Origin: Candidatus Parcubacteria bacterium
GTDB lineage: Bacteria; Patescibacteriota; Minisyncoccia; Phycocordibacterales; UBA2100
DNA length: 54,069 bases
NCBI GenBank assembly: GCA_003599175.1
Contig: QZIY01000024.1
Coordinates: 1 to 54,069 of the forward strand
Reading direction: 5' to 3'
Positions 9,174 through 18,758 of the stretch are shown piece by piece (position 1 is the first letter of the stretch; each line of letters begins with the position of its first letter). Under the pieces are notes generated by a model. That model ran no database searches. It was not told the origin of the DNA and saw only the letters and a program-made list of their open reading frames with translations. The translations under genes and the position numbers were made by a program.

Positions 9174-10232
9174 TTAGTTTTCGACACTGGCGTTAAACGG
9201 CATTTCCTCCACGGCGAACCAACCGGGACGCGTCACGCCGTCGCTTGGGTAGCAAACTCCTTTTCCTTGCGTTGTATAAACCTTGCTTCCGCGTCGTATG
9301 AGAGCATTGATGACTTTTTTGGCCGGATGTTTTGGTGAGTCCGGTGGCGCGGAGATGTGTGCCTTCTCTGCTTTGATGAGGTTGAGCACCGTCGGGCCCA
9401 CATTGCGTTTGCTACCGTGGTGCGGTACGTCGAGGAGATGTAAATCGTTCAGCGCAATTCCTTGGCTCGCGGCGCAAGCTGCTGCCTGCATGAGCGCGTC
9501 GATATCGGCATCGCCGGTGAATAGTATCTTGTTCGTACCGAGCGTGAACAAAATCACCGTGCTTGAGCTATTTTCCGCACTAAAGTGCCCACCCTCGTCG
9601 GTCAGTGTTTCTATCTCCATCGTCTCTGCGACCCATTCAACGGCTTCTTCTACCGCGTGAACCGCTGTCGTCAGGATATGACCCAAGGTCGGCGTCGGCG
9701 ATTCTGCGGCCTCGGGCAGCGTGCGGTAATGCGGCAACATGTTTTGGTAATGCTCGCGTGAGGGCCCGAGCACACGAATCATTCCATCCAAGTATATGTC
9801 CCCAGCAAACGGCTCGATGACTGGAACTTTCTTACGCGCAGCGATCTTATTCAGCTCGTGCACGAACTCAAGCTCCTCTCTCGCTTTGCGCTGCAAGCCG
9901 AGTGTCGTCAAACCTCGGTTCTCGAAGAGATGTCTGATGTTCTCGGCATGGTCCCACGGTTTGTGCATAACAAGCGCTCTCACGTCCATATTCTCTAGCA
10001 CTTCTGTAAGTCCAGATGCGTGATCGCCGTCGGGGTGCGTTGAAATGACCGCGTTGACTGTAGAGGTACTGTAATATTGCTGAATATGACTCACCAAAGC
10101 TTTGCCCGAGTCTTTGGTTCCACCATCAATTACAAACACATACTGACCTGTTTGGTCCCATACTCGGAGAGTAGCCGCATCGCCACCCTTCGATCCAGTT
10201 CCTACCGGCAAAAAATCTACTTCAAAATTCAT
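9174..10232 (-). CDS. ComEC/Rec2-like metallo-beta-lactamase-fold hydrolase
   Basis: GDA, IDGG, THPDGDHASG (HxHxDH-type), N.SS, LFTGDA, VPHHGS motifs. Confidence 0.88.
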   Translation of the reverse strand: MNFEVDFLPVGTGSKGGDAATLRVWDQTGQYVFVIDGGTKDSGKALVSHIQQYYSTSTVNAVISTHPDGDHASGLTEVLENMDVRALVMHKPWDHAENIRHLFENRGLTTLGLQRKAREELEFVHELNKIAARKKVPVIEPFAGDIYLDGMIRVLGPSREHYQNMLPHYRTLPEAAESPTPTLGHILTTAVHAVEEAVEWVAETMEIETLTDEGGHFSAENSSSTVILFTLGTNKILFTGDADIDALMQAAACAASQGIALNDLHLLDVPHHGSKRNVGPTVLNLIKAEKAHISAPPDSPKHPAKKVINALIRRGSKVYTTQGKGVCYPSDGVTRPGWFAVEEMPFNASVEN

Positions 10233-10288
10233 CCGGGCAATACTACCACCGTGCACGCTTCATATACAGCAAAGACTCACAGCTCTTT

Positions 10289-11623
10289 TTATTTCTCCAG
10301 CGTCACCAATCCTTTCGTGAGTACCAGTTTGCTTTTGATACACAGCAGTAATTCACGCTTCTCGGTCACGCTACCTTCTTTGAGCAGGTACTTTGCGTAA
10401 TCGCGCAGGTCAATTTCTTTTTGTGGCTTGGCCTCCGCTGCAGTACCGGTAAAGGCACGCTGGAACTTCCGCATGCGCTCCACCTCCGCCTCGAATTTCT
10501 CCCGCATGCTGATGTTGTTGAGATCGATCTTGTCCATAATCTTTACCGTCTGCGTAATCAACTCTTCCTCGCGCACGTAGCCATTCTTACAATCCCTGTC
10601 CCGTGCGCGCGTGCAGCCGTAGTAGACGTAGCGATTGGAACTGCCATCTTTCAGCTTCTTGAATTTCTCCTCCGCGGTGATGCCCGATCCGCACGCTCCG
10701 CATAGCATGAGTTTGATAAAGGCGAACTCTTTAATATCCGAGCGTATGATGCGGTCGCGCTTCAACTGTTCCTGCACTTTGTCGAACAATTCCTTGGTGA
10801 TGAGCGGTTGGTGTTTGCCGTCGTACCAGATGCCGCTCTTAACTGGGTACTCGAAAACACCGTAGTAAAAGGGATTTTGGAGTACGACGTACACACTGCT
10901 CAACGTCATGTTTTTGTTCCCTCGACTCTTGAAGTTGATCTCGAACTTGAGCCACTGGTATATTTTCCTGCCGCTCCATTTTTCGTTCGCTACTTTCTCG
11001 AACATCTGCTTTACCACTGGCGCTCGCAGAGCATCTACCACCGCGTGGCATTTTCGATCCATGTGTTTCTCGTTGCTGTAGCCGACCGGCGCGACACCGG
11101 GACGTAGTCCCATCTCGCAGCGGGTTCGTAGCCCCCGCTTCACATTCACGCCACGATTGTCGTTCTCGAGCTTTGCTTGCGAGCCGAGAATCATGAGAAG
11201 AAACTTCTCGTTCGGATTATTCCTAAAGCTCTGACTGTGCGTCCGTATCTCTTGTAGTCCACCCGCGTCCATGAGGTCGACTATCTTGCCGAGGTCACCC
11301 GCGTTTCTACTAATACGATCCGGTGCCCACGTTAGGATGCCGTTGTATTTACCGGCCCGCAGGTCCTCGACTATCTCATTGAAGACCGGTCGTGTGCCAG
11401 TCTCTTTTGCCGAGTGGCTCTCTCGCTTCATCTCCACGATCTCCAGCCCCTCTCGATCAGCGAGCTGGAGCATCTCCTTAATTTGCGAGTCGATGGAGAG
11501 CACTTGGCGCTCCTCCGACTCAGTGCTCTTTCTTGCATAGAGGCAGTATTTGACCTTAACGGGCTGCGCTTGGGGTTGCCTCCTAATGTCCCCCAGAGCA
11601 GGCCTTGGCACTATATTTTCCAT
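10289..11623 (-). CDS. Large serine recombinase (resolvase + recombinase + Zn ribbon)
   Basis: YARKST catalytic motif, DRISRN, CGACG...YYGC Zn ribbon; start placed at MENIVP. Confidence 0.92.
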   Translation of the reverse strand: MENIVPRPALGDIRRQPQAQPVKVKYCLYARKSTESEERQVLSIDSQIKEMLQLADREGLEIVEMKRESHSAKETGTRPVFNEIVEDLRAGKYNGILTWAPDRISRNAGDLGKIVDLMDAGGLQEIRTHSQSFRNNPNEKFLLMILGSQAKLENDNRGVNVKRGLRTRCEMGLRPGVAPVGYSNEKHMDRKCHAVVDALRAPVVKQMFEKVANEKWSGRKIYQWLKFEINFKSRGNKNMTLSSVYVVLQNPFYYGVFEYPVKSGIWYDGKHQPLITKELFDKVQEQLKRDRIIRSDIKEFAFIKLMLCGACGSGITAEEKFKKLKDGSSNRYVYYGCTRARDRDCKNGYVREEELITQTVKIMDKIDLNNISMREKFEAEVERMRKFQRAFTGTAAEAKPQKEIDLRDYAKYLLKEGSVTEKRELLLCIKSKLVLTKGLVTLEK

Positions 11624-11768
11624 ACACCACAAGGGATGACGCAGACCCTTGAAGGAGTCCAGGGCGTCCGAGAGGGCCGAGGTGTTGGTAACTTGCCCAC
11701 GCAATACGACGTTTAATCAATGCATCAACAGCTTCGCTTTCTATCCGAAGCTCGTTATACTATTTTCA

Positions 11769-12176
11769 ATGTTTGTCCGTATCGACAACCGATCCAGAGT
11801 ATTTGTCACTGTTGCTATCGTCGCGTTCTTGATGGTGGGAGTATTCGGGATTTTCCACGGCATGGATATGAGCTCGAGCGAGCAGATGTCCAACTGTCCT
11901 TTTATTATGGGAATTGCGGCGATCTGTAATATGTCGCCCTTTGAACACATAGCAGCGTGGCAGAACATGTTTGCATCGATTCCTCAGCAGACCACTGTAC
12001 TTACACTCTTACTTCTTGCGCTCTCGTTTGCGTTTTCGCGGCTCCTCTTATTTGCATTTCCGAGAGATGGTGATCAGGAACCACAGCGTCTCCTTTATGC
12101 AGATCGAGAACCAAAAGCCATCGATCCGTTACGACTTGCACTCGCCCGAGGCATAATTCATCCGAAGATTTTCTAG
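11769..12176 (+). CDS. Small membrane protein with Met/Cys/His cluster
   Basis: 2 TM segments, HGMDM...CPF...ICNMSPFEH, C-terminal GIIHPKIF; first gene of the metal cluster. Confidence 0.7.
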   Translation: MFVRIDNRSRVFVTVAIVAFLMVGVFGIFHGMDMSSSEQMSNCPFIMGIAAICNMSPFEHIAAWQNMFASIPQQTTVLTLLLLALSFAFSRLLLFAFPRDGDQEPQRLLYADREPKAIDPLRLALARGIIHPKIF

Positions 12177-12232
12177 TGATCGTTGAATGGGCGTAGCTCT
12201 ATGCTTGCGTCTTTATTATCTCAGCAGTCACT

Positions 12233-12952
12233 ATGGAACCACAATTGAAACAAAATAATCTTGCTATCCCACTTGCGATCGTTATCGCGGGCGCTTTGAT
12301 CGCCGCTGCCGTCTACTTCGGCAACGCTGGTGCGGGTGGAGCGAGTGCCCTCCAGCCTCAAGGTGCGGAACAGCTTACGGGCGACCTCGAACAGATGAAG
12401 CCCATCTCTGCGGATGACCACATTCGCGGCAATCTAAACGCACCGGTTAAGATCGTGGAATATTCAGATCCCGAGTGTCCGTTCTGCAAACGCTTCCACG
12501 ACACGATGAAGCAAGTCATGAACGAATACGGTAAAGACGGAAAAGTTGCATGGGTCTACCGCAATTTTCCGCTTGATCAGCTCCACCCGAAGGCGCGCAG
12601 CGAAGCGACGGCTATTGAATGTGCCGGAGAGCTTGGCGGCAATGACAAATTCTGGGCATATGCGGATCGTCTCTACGAAGTCACACCATCAAATAATGGA
12701 CTCGACCCAATGGAGCTTCATAACATTGCGCAGTATGTTGGCCTTGACATGACCAAATTCAACACTTGCCTTACCAGCGACACGTTCGCACAGCACATTG
12801 AAGATGATGTTCAGAACGCAGTCGCTACCGGAGGCAATGGAACCCCATGGAGCATTGTCGTAGCCCCAAGCGGCAAAAAGTATCCGCTCTCGGGAGCACA
12901 GCCATACGAATCGGTTAAGCAACTCATCGAAATCGCGCTGAAAGACAAGTAA
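12233..12952 (+). CDS. DsbA/thioredoxin-like oxidoreductase
   Basis: N-terminal anchor, EYSDPECPFCKRFH, YRNFPL..LH, GTP. Confidence 0.92.
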   Translation: MEPQLKQNNLAIPLAIVIAGALIAAAVYFGNAGAGGASALQPQGAEQLTGDLEQMKPISADDHIRGNLNAPVKIVEYSDPECPFCKRFHDTMKQVMNEYGKDGKVAWVYRNFPLDQLHPKARSEATAIECAGELGGNDKFWAYADRLYEVTPSNNGLDPMELHNIAQYVGLDMTKFNTCLTSDTFAQHIEDDVQNAVATGGNGTPWSIVVAPSGKKYPLSGAQPYESVKQLIEIALKDK

Positions 12953-12958
12953 GCACCT

Positions 12959-13483
12959 ATGCGAGCCATTCTCAGAATATTCACAAACGTGCATTCGACG
13001 CTTCTTGCGCTCGCGGTGTCGCTGTTTGTGTTTGTGCTTGCGGTGTGGCTCCCGAATCTGCGCTTGTTGTTCCAGGTGTGGACAGATGCGTCAGTTTCGC
13101 TAGGAGATAAAGTCGCGCTTCCGATCAACTTGTTGCCTTCCATCGCCACTAACTTCACGCCCCTATCGGCCTCGTACACCATCGCAATCGCCATTCTCAC
13201 CGGTATCAACGTGGCTCTCATAATCCATCTGATTAAGACAAGGGGGATGCTCGGACAAGGCACTGTAGTTGGCGCTTCGGGCATATTCACTGGCGCGTTA
13301 GGGCTTGGATGTGCTGCCTGCGGCTCGATAATTCTGACATCACTTGTCGGCACGGCGGGCGGAGTAGGCATACTCGCCCTACTGCCACTTCGTGGAAGCG
13401 AGTTTGGCATCATCGGTGTCGTGCTCCTTGGGTATTCCACCTACTTGTTAGCAAAACAAATCAACAAACCACTGGTTTGTTAA
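12959..13483 (+). CDS. 4-TM membrane protein with CxxC (GCAACG)
   Basis: Hydrophobic helices; intramembrane CAAC; adjacent to dsbA-like gene. Confidence 0.75.
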   Translation: MRAILRIFTNVHSTLLALAVSLFVFVLAVWLPNLRLLFQVWTDASVSLGDKVALPINLLPSIATNFTPLSASYTIAIAILTGINVALIIHLIKTRGMLGQGTVVGASGIFTGALGLGCAACGSIILTSLVGTAGGVGILALLPLRGSEFGIIGVVLLGYSTYLLAKQINKPLVC

Positions 13484-13502
13484 TTAAAACGGCTCTTAAA
13501 CT

Positions 13503-13934
13503 ATGAAAAATATAAAAACATCTTACATTCTTATCGGACTCGCAGTGCTCATCATCGGCGGATTCGGCTTAAGTAAATACCTGCAATCGAGTGATCCAAA
13601 TGTCGTCTCACAAAGTGGCTTTCATTGGCATCCTACGCTCACTATTTATGTGAAGGGAGAAAAACAAGAGGTACCGGCAAATATCGGTATCGGTGCTGTG
13701 CATCAACCGATGCATACGCATACTGAAGATGCCGCAGCGGGCGTGATTCATCTCGAATTTGCCGGAGCTGCGAAGAGAGAAGACCTTATGCTCGGGCAGT
13801 TCTTTAGGAATTGGGGTAAAGAGTTTAATTCATTCGGAACGAGCGTGAAGATGACCGTGAACGGGAAAGAAAACACCGAATTGGAAAATTACGTCCTACA
13901 AGAGAAAGACAGAATCGAACTCCGATACGAGTAG
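13503..13934 (+). CDS. Membrane-anchored His-rich putative metal-binding protein
   Basis: N-terminal TM; HWH, HQPMHTH, IHLE motifs. Confidence 0.75.
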   Translation: MKNIKTSYILIGLAVLIIGGFGLSKYLQSSDPNVVSQSGFHWHPTLTIYVKGEKQEVPANIGIGAVHQPMHTHTEDAAAGVIHLEFAGAAKREDLMLGQFFRNWGKEFNSFGTSVKMTVNGKENTELENYVLQEKDRIELRYE

Positions 13935-13939
13935 GCCAC

Positions 13940-13968
13940 TTGTGCTTCATACCCTATAGGGGTATCAT
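13940..13968 (+). promoter_or_regulatory. Promoter with CsoR-type operator ATACCCTATAGGGGTAT
   Basis: C/G-tract pseudo-palindrome (13949-13965) overlapping TTGTGC-N17-TATCAT directly upstream of a csoR-family gene. Confidence 0.75.
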
Positions 13969-13976
13969 GTGGACAT

Positions 13977-14249
13977 ATGAAAGCGAACGCAAAGAAAAAC
14001 GTACTCCGACGTCTTAGTCTCATTAGAGGACAGATTAATGGACTCATTAAAATGGTTGAGAACGAGCGCTATTGTATTGATATCATTACTCAATCAAGCG
14101 CAATTAAGGAAGCGCTATCGGGCGTTCAGGACGTGATGCTTGAGAACCATCTTACAACGCATGTCATTCATCAGATCAAGAACGGGGAGAGCAAGAAGGC
14201 GACTGCTGAAATATTGAAAATGTACAAGCTAGCGCAGAAGAAAAAGTAA
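13977..14249 (+). CDS. csoR: CsoR/RcnR family metal-sensing repressor
   Basis: RRL..IRGQINGLIKM.E.ERYCIDIITQ.SA...AL....LENHL..H. Confidence 0.9.
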   Translation: MKANAKKNVLRRLSLIRGQINGLIKMVENERYCIDIITQSSAIKEALSGVQDVMLENHLTTHVIHQIKNGESKKATAEILKMYKLAQKKK

Positions 14250-14250
14250 T

Positions 14251-14907
14251 ATGCAGCAACTCATCGCACATTCCGGCACTTGGATTCTCGCGATCATCTT
14301 TGTGGTGATCGCCTCGTGGATCTTCTATCGTTATTTCGCGCCGAAGACGTGGCACGAGTGGGCGGGAGCTGGGCTTGTGCAGGCCTTTATTATCGCGCTT
14401 TATGCCGAGATGTACGGCTTTCCGCTCACAATCTATCTTCTTGTCCGATTCTTCGGCCTCGATCGTACCGTGCTCAACGCCAATCTCTGGTCGACGCTCC
14501 TCGGGATGGGAGAAACCGGCATGTTTATCTCTATGATCATCGGCTACGCGCTGCTGTTTGTCGGCATCGGATTGTTCGCCGAAGGGTGGCGCGAACTCTA
14601 TCGCGCCCATGAAGAAAAGCGCCTTGCTACTGATGGCTTGTATGGACTCGTCAGGCATCCACAGTATACAGGCCTCTTCATCGGCCTCTTTGGCGAGGGT
14701 GTGGTGCACTGGCCCACCATCTTTTCGGTTGTGCTGTTTCCGATAATCGTGCTCGCTTATATCCTACTGGCGTATCGAGAAGAGCGACGCATGCTTCAAG
14801 AGTTCGGAGAAAGCTATCGCGTGTACAAAGAGCGCACGCCGATGTTTTTCCCCGGCAAGCGTCAGTGGCGGCAATTTATTAAATTATCACAAGGAACAAA
14901 CATATGA
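14251..14907 (+). CDS. Isoprenylcysteine carboxyl methyltransferase (Ste14/PEMT) family membrane protein
   Basis: ALYAEMYGFPLTIY, GLYGLVRHPQYTG, REERRM..EFGE.Y..Y. Confidence 0.88.
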   Translation: MQQLIAHSGTWILAIIFVVIASWIFYRYFAPKTWHEWAGAGLVQAFIIALYAEMYGFPLTIYLLVRFFGLDRTVLNANLWSTLLGMGETGMFISMIIGYALLFVGIGLFAEGWRELYRAHEEKRLATDGLYGLVRHPQYTGLFIGLFGEGVVHWPTIFSVVLFPIIVLAYILLAYREERRMLQEFGESYRVYKERTPMFFPGKRQWRQFIKLSQGTNI

Positions 14908-15107
14908 ATAAACAAACTATACGCTGGATACTCATCGGTCTTCTCGTAATCGTCGGGCTTTATCTCGTGATCGACCACGGCCAGCACCTTATTCCGTACC
15001 TCCCATTCGCGTTTCTTCTCGGCTGTCTCGTTATGCACCTTTTCATGCACGGCAGTCACGGTGGGCACGGCGGCCATCACGACGACTCGACGAATAAATC
15101 ACAATGA
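14904..15107 (+). CDS. DUF2933-like small membrane protein
   Basis: H..H...YLPF..LL.C..MHLFMHG.HGGH. Confidence 0.8.
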   Translation: MNKQTIRWILIGLLVIVGLYLVIDHGQHLIPYLPFAFLLGCLVMHLFMHGSHGGHGGHHDDSTNKSQ

Positions 15108-15802
15108 ACATACACTATGCCTGGCTGACATGGAGCTTGATATTGCTCGGCATCTGGCTCGTGATATACGCGACGCTGGATTCGAAGGAAAAGAAGCGCG
15201 AGATGCTTGTGGTGAGCCTGTGGACATCGCTCCTCGGCCTTTCGGAGCCGATTTTTGTACCCGCCTACTGGTCGCCGCCGTCACTTTTTAATCTTGCGCT
15301 CACGACACGGTTCGATATCGAAAGCCTCATCTTTGCATTCGCGATCGGCGGAGGCGCTTCGCTCATTTACGAGCGGATATTTGCGACACGCCACGAAGTC
15401 GTGCCGCCTTCTGCCCGGCATGATCCGCGTCATCGCTACCACGCATGGGCGCTTCTCTCGGCTCCGATCGTGTTTGGCATCCTCTATGTCGCAACGAGCC
15501 TCAACCCCATCTACAGCGCGTCTATCGCATTAGTGGTAGGCGGGGTTGCCTCTCTGTATTGCCGCCCCGACCTTTGGAAAAAGATGCTCGTGAGCGCATG
15601 CATCTTTCTCGTCCTCTATTTCTTGTACTTTGGAACGCTTATCGCTCTCTACCCAGGATACGTGGAGCAGGTGTGGAATCTCAAAGCCATCTCCGGCATC
15701 CTCGTCATCGGCGTTCCGATCGAGGAGCTACTGTTTGCACTCAGCTTCGGGTTCCTCTGGTCGAGCATCTATGAGCATTTCACGTGGCGAGCCGTGCGAT
15801 AG
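15104..15802 (+). CDS. Lycopene-cyclase-domain membrane protein
   Basis: Two repeats ending FDIESLIF and GVPIEELLFA. Confidence 0.75.
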   Translation: MNIHYAWLTWSLILLGIWLVIYATLDSKEKKREMLVVSLWTSLLGLSEPIFVPAYWSPPSLFNLALTTRFDIESLIFAFAIGGGASLIYERIFATRHEVVPPSARHDPRHRYHAWALLSAPIVFGILYVATSLNPIYSASIALVVGGVASLYCRPDLWKKMLVSACIFLVLYFLYFGTLIALYPGYVEQVWNLKAISGILVIGVPIEELLFALSFGFLWSSIYEHFTWRAVR

Positions 15803-15809
15803 CAATTAT

Positions 15810-16667
15810 ATGAAAAAAGAAATACACATTACCAAAGCATCCGGTGAACAAGAGTTATTCTCTGAAGCAAAGCTGCGTCGTTCATTGCAACGAGTCCATG
15901 CGTCACCTGATACGATCGATACGGTTGTCGTGCAAGTTGAAGCCGAATTGCGGCAGGGCATGAGCACGGCGGACATATACCGTAAGGCATTTTCGCTCCT
16001 TAGGAAAAAGAGCCGCCCCACCGCCGCGCGCTACAGTTTGAAAAACGCGTTGATGGAACTCGGCCCCACAGGTCGTCCGTTCGAGCATTTTGTCGGAGAA
16101 CTCCTAAAGTCGGAAGGGTTTAATGTCGAGGTGGCGCGAATCGTGCCAGGTGTCTGCGTCAAACATGAGGTGGATGTGGTCGGGACGAAGGGCGATCGGC
16201 ACATTATGGTTGAGTGTAAATTTCATAACAGACCGGGACTTCGCTCCGACGTAAAAATCTCGCTCTACGTACAAGCGCGATTTGAGGACATTGAGCGCCG
16301 ATGGAAAAAAGAGCCGCAGCACGTCAAGAAATTTCACGAAGTATGGCTCGTCACGAACACCAAACTCACGTCCGATGCGACTGATTATGCGAAGTGCGTC
16401 GGCATGACCGCGATCGGTTGGAGTTACCCGCAAGGTAATAGTCTTGAGAACCGCATCGAGCGCGCCGGACTACACCCCGTCACATGTCTCACAACCCTCA
16501 CGCGCTTTCAAAAGAACGCCCTGATGCAGAAAGGTGTCTATCTATGCAAAGAATTACTTGTACGCACTGACGTCTTATCGTCTGTTGGCATAAAAGAAGA
16601 TGCTACCGAGAAGATTCTTAACGAAACGCGACAACTTTGCCAGAAAACAAAATTGTATGAAGAATAA
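15810..16667 (+). CDS. ATP-cone + Mrr-like PD-(D/E)xK nuclease, copy 1 (285 aa)
   Basis: ITKASGEQELFSEAKLRRSL ATP cone; GPTGRPFE, EVDVVG, MVECKFH, VTNTKLT. Confidence 0.85.
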   Translation: MKKEIHITKASGEQELFSEAKLRRSLQRVHASPDTIDTVVVQVEAELRQGMSTADIYRKAFSLLRKKSRPTAARYSLKNALMELGPTGRPFEHFVGELLKSEGFNVEVARIVPGVCVKHEVDVVGTKGDRHIMVECKFHNRPGLRSDVKISLYVQARFEDIERRWKKEPQHVKKFHEVWLVTNTKLTSDATDYAKCVGMTAIGWSYPQGNSLENRIERAGLHPVTCLTTLTRFQKNALMQKGVYLCKELLVRTDVLSSVGIKEDATEKILNETRQLCQKTKLYEE

Positions 16668-17403
16668 AATTATCAGCATCATAGTTAGCGTGGCAGTGCT
16701 TGGCGGCATTGGGTACTTTTTCTTTGAGCAAAATAAGGATGCTAATGTTCCCGCATCTCAACCCACTGAAGCTGAGGAGATTAAGGTTTCTCCCCAGGAG
16801 GCGCGTACCAGTGTCACGATAGATTCAGCGACGTTTACTAAAGGTGGCTATGTTGTTGTGCGAGGCAGCGACGGCAAGAGGATCGGTCAGGTTATTGAGA
16901 TCAGCAGCTATCTCCCAACTGGTACGCATACAAACATTACTATCGAGCTCGGAGCGTTTTACACGTACAACCAAGAGGATCAGCTTATCGCAATGATCTA
17001 TCACGATGATGGTGATAAGTCATTCAATGAACTCGATCAGCCGATTAACTCTTCAGCAGTTTTTGCAGAAACGGGTAACCCCGTAATTGCCTCTGTTTTT
17101 GAGCATGAAGTAGCTCCAAGCGACGGCATGGGTATGGTGACTGTTCGTTATACCAATACCGGATTCGAACCAGTAAAGCTCACCGTGCCAGTTGGCACGA
17201 TGGTCGAATTTATCAATCAAAGTGACGAGGAGATGTGGGTCGCATCTAATATGCATCCATCACACGAAATACTTTCGACCTTTGATCAATTTCAAGGAGT
17301 CGGAAAGAGCCAGAGCTACATGTACACCTTTGACAAGAAAGGGATATGGCCATACCACGATCACATAAATCCAGCATTGGAAGGAGTGATTACAGTCGAA
17401 TAA
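16657..17403 (+). CDS. Membrane-anchored cupredoxin-domain protein
   Basis: N-terminal TM; GFEP..LTV.VG..VEF.N, HPSH, YHDH.NP..EG.I.VE. Confidence 0.8.
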   Translation: MKNKIISIIVSVAVLGGIGYFFFEQNKDANVPASQPTEAEEIKVSPQEARTSVTIDSATFTKGGYVVVRGSDGKRIGQVIEISSYLPTGTHTNITIELGAFYTYNQEDQLIAMIYHDDGDKSFNELDQPINSSAVFAETGNPVIASVFEHEVAPSDGMGMVTVRYTNTGFEPVKLTVPVGTMVEFINQSDEEMWVASNMHPSHEILSTFDQFQGVGKSQSYMYTFDKKGIWPYHDHINPALEGVITVE

Positions 17404-17412
17404 AGGCATTAG

Positions 17413-17460
17413 TTATCCACAGAGCGACTGTTTGACAAATAGGGGGTAGGGGTATAAGGT
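17413..17460 (+). promoter_or_regulatory. DnaA box + TTGACA promoter with CsoR-type G-tract operator
   Basis: TTATCCACA 17413-17421; TTGACA 17432-17437; ATAGGGGGTAGGGGTAT 17439-17455, upstream of second csoR-family gene. Confidence 0.65.
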
Positions 17461-17502
17461 ATTAGTAAAGGCCGATTATTATTATTAATAACTTATAAAC
17501 AT

Positions 17503-17784
17503 ATGCACCACAACGTAGATCAAAAAATTAAGGGTCGAGCCCTCCATCGGGCGAAGATCCTTCGGGGTCAATTCGATGGACTCATCAAGGCTATTGAGAA
17601 AGAGGAGTACTGCCCCACACTATTGGAACAGTCTCTCTCAATTCAAAGGTCGCTCAAAAGTCTCGACAGCTTTCTCCTTGAAAATCATTTGCGCTCGCAC
17701 GTAATGCATCAAATGCAAAGCAAGGGTGAGGACGAGAAAGCAGTTAAAGAGCTAATCAAGATTTATAACTTATCCAATAAATAA
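17503..17784 (+). CDS. CsoR/RcnR family metal-sensing repressor, copy 2
   Basis: RAKILRGQFDGL...IE.EEYC..LL.Q.......L......LLENHL..H. Confidence 0.88.
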   Translation: MHHNVDQKIKGRALHRAKILRGQFDGLIKAIEKEEYCPTLLEQSLSIQRSLKSLDSFLLENHLRSHVMHQMQSKGEDEKAVKELIKIYNLSNK

Positions 17785-17786
17785 TT

Positions 17787-17990
17787 ATGTCTAGCAACAA
17801 TACAAAACAACTGAAAAAGGCTGGCATGCACATTGAACTTCCAAACAAAGCTATCGATGTGATCTGCGGTATGGAGGTCGATCCGGCGCAGACAAAACTG
17901 CATGTTGAGCACAAGGGAGAGGTCTATTATTTCTGTAGCATTGTATGCAAGAATCATTTCGTCAATGATCCTCAAAAATACGTCGGTTAA
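17787..17990 (+). CDS. YHS-domain protein
   Basis: D..CGM.V...YYFCS..CK..F...P.KY. Confidence 0.88.
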   Translation: MSSNNTKQLKKAGMHIELPNKAIDVICGMEVDPAQTKLHVEHKGEVYYFCSIVCKNHFVNDPQKYVG

Positions 17991-18017
17991 TTAATAAATT
18001 AAACGTAATAAAAATAT

Positions 18018-18239
18018 ATGAAATTCTCAAAATTAATGCATGTTGCAAGTGTAATCGTTGGTTTTGCTGGGGTCATCTCATTTATTGGTGCCCTCGTCGG
18101 CGGTGGCGACAATCTCGTATTCGGTATTACAAAGGTCGATGCCTTGCTCTGTGCCGCGATCCTTATTCTTATCGCTATCTGGACCCAGATTGCAACGATC
18201 CATCACATGATGCTTGAGAAGCGTGGAGAGATAGTTTAA
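18018..18239 (+). CDS. Small 2-TM protein
   Basis: Hydrophobic ORF, paralogous to next gene (MKFSKLMH/MKLSKIMH). Confidence 0.75.
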   Translation: MKFSKLMHVASVIVGFAGVISFIGALVGGGDNLVFGITKVDALLCAAILILIAIWTQIATIHHMMLEKRGEIV

Positions 18240-18257
18240 TCAATTAATTCAAAATAT

Positions 18258-18491
18258 ATGAAATTATCAAAAATCATGCATACCGCTAGTATCCTACTTG
18301 CGATTTGTGGCCCAGTTATGCTCATCGGAGCATGGATCGCCGGCGATAACGGAACATTTTTCGGACTTTCGCAGGGACATCTTTACAATGATGCCATTGT
18401 AATTGAACTGATCGCAATCGCCGCAAGCGTGTGTACTCTAGTGCGTATGCAAATGGAAAAAGAGAATCCTGGAAAGCTCAATGTGATATAG
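18258..18491 (+). CDS. Small 2-TM protein (tandem paralog)
   Basis: Colinear with the preceding ORF. Confidence 0.75.
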   Translation: MKLSKIMHTASILLAICGPVMLIGAWIAGDNGTFFGLSQGHLYNDAIVIELIAIAASVCTLVRMQMEKENPGKLNVI

Positions 18492-18526
18492 CTGGAAAAA
18501 TCGTTTTATCAATTAATTAAAAAATT

Positions 18527-18757
18527 ATGCACAATCATAACAACAATAAAGATGGCGGGCATAAAGGGATGATGTGGATGATGATTCCTTGTCTCCTTCT
18601 ATTGGGTTTTATATTCATTGGTGGAGGTAATTTGTCTTCAGGTGGATACCTTTGGCCAATCCTTATCGGTATCTTTGTAATCGCACATGTCTGGATGATG
18701 TTTAAAGGTCATGGCGGTCACGGGGATCACGATAGCGAACAGCAGAGCAAAAAATGA
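18527..18757 (+). CDS. Small His/Met-rich membrane protein (DUF2933-like)
   Basis: MMWMMIPC...HVWMMFKGHGGH. Confidence 0.7.
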   Translation: MHNHNNNKDGGHKGMMWMMIPCLLLLGFIFIGGGNLSSGGYLWPILIGIFVIAHVWMMFKGHGGHGDHDSEQQSKK

Positions 18758-18758
18758 T

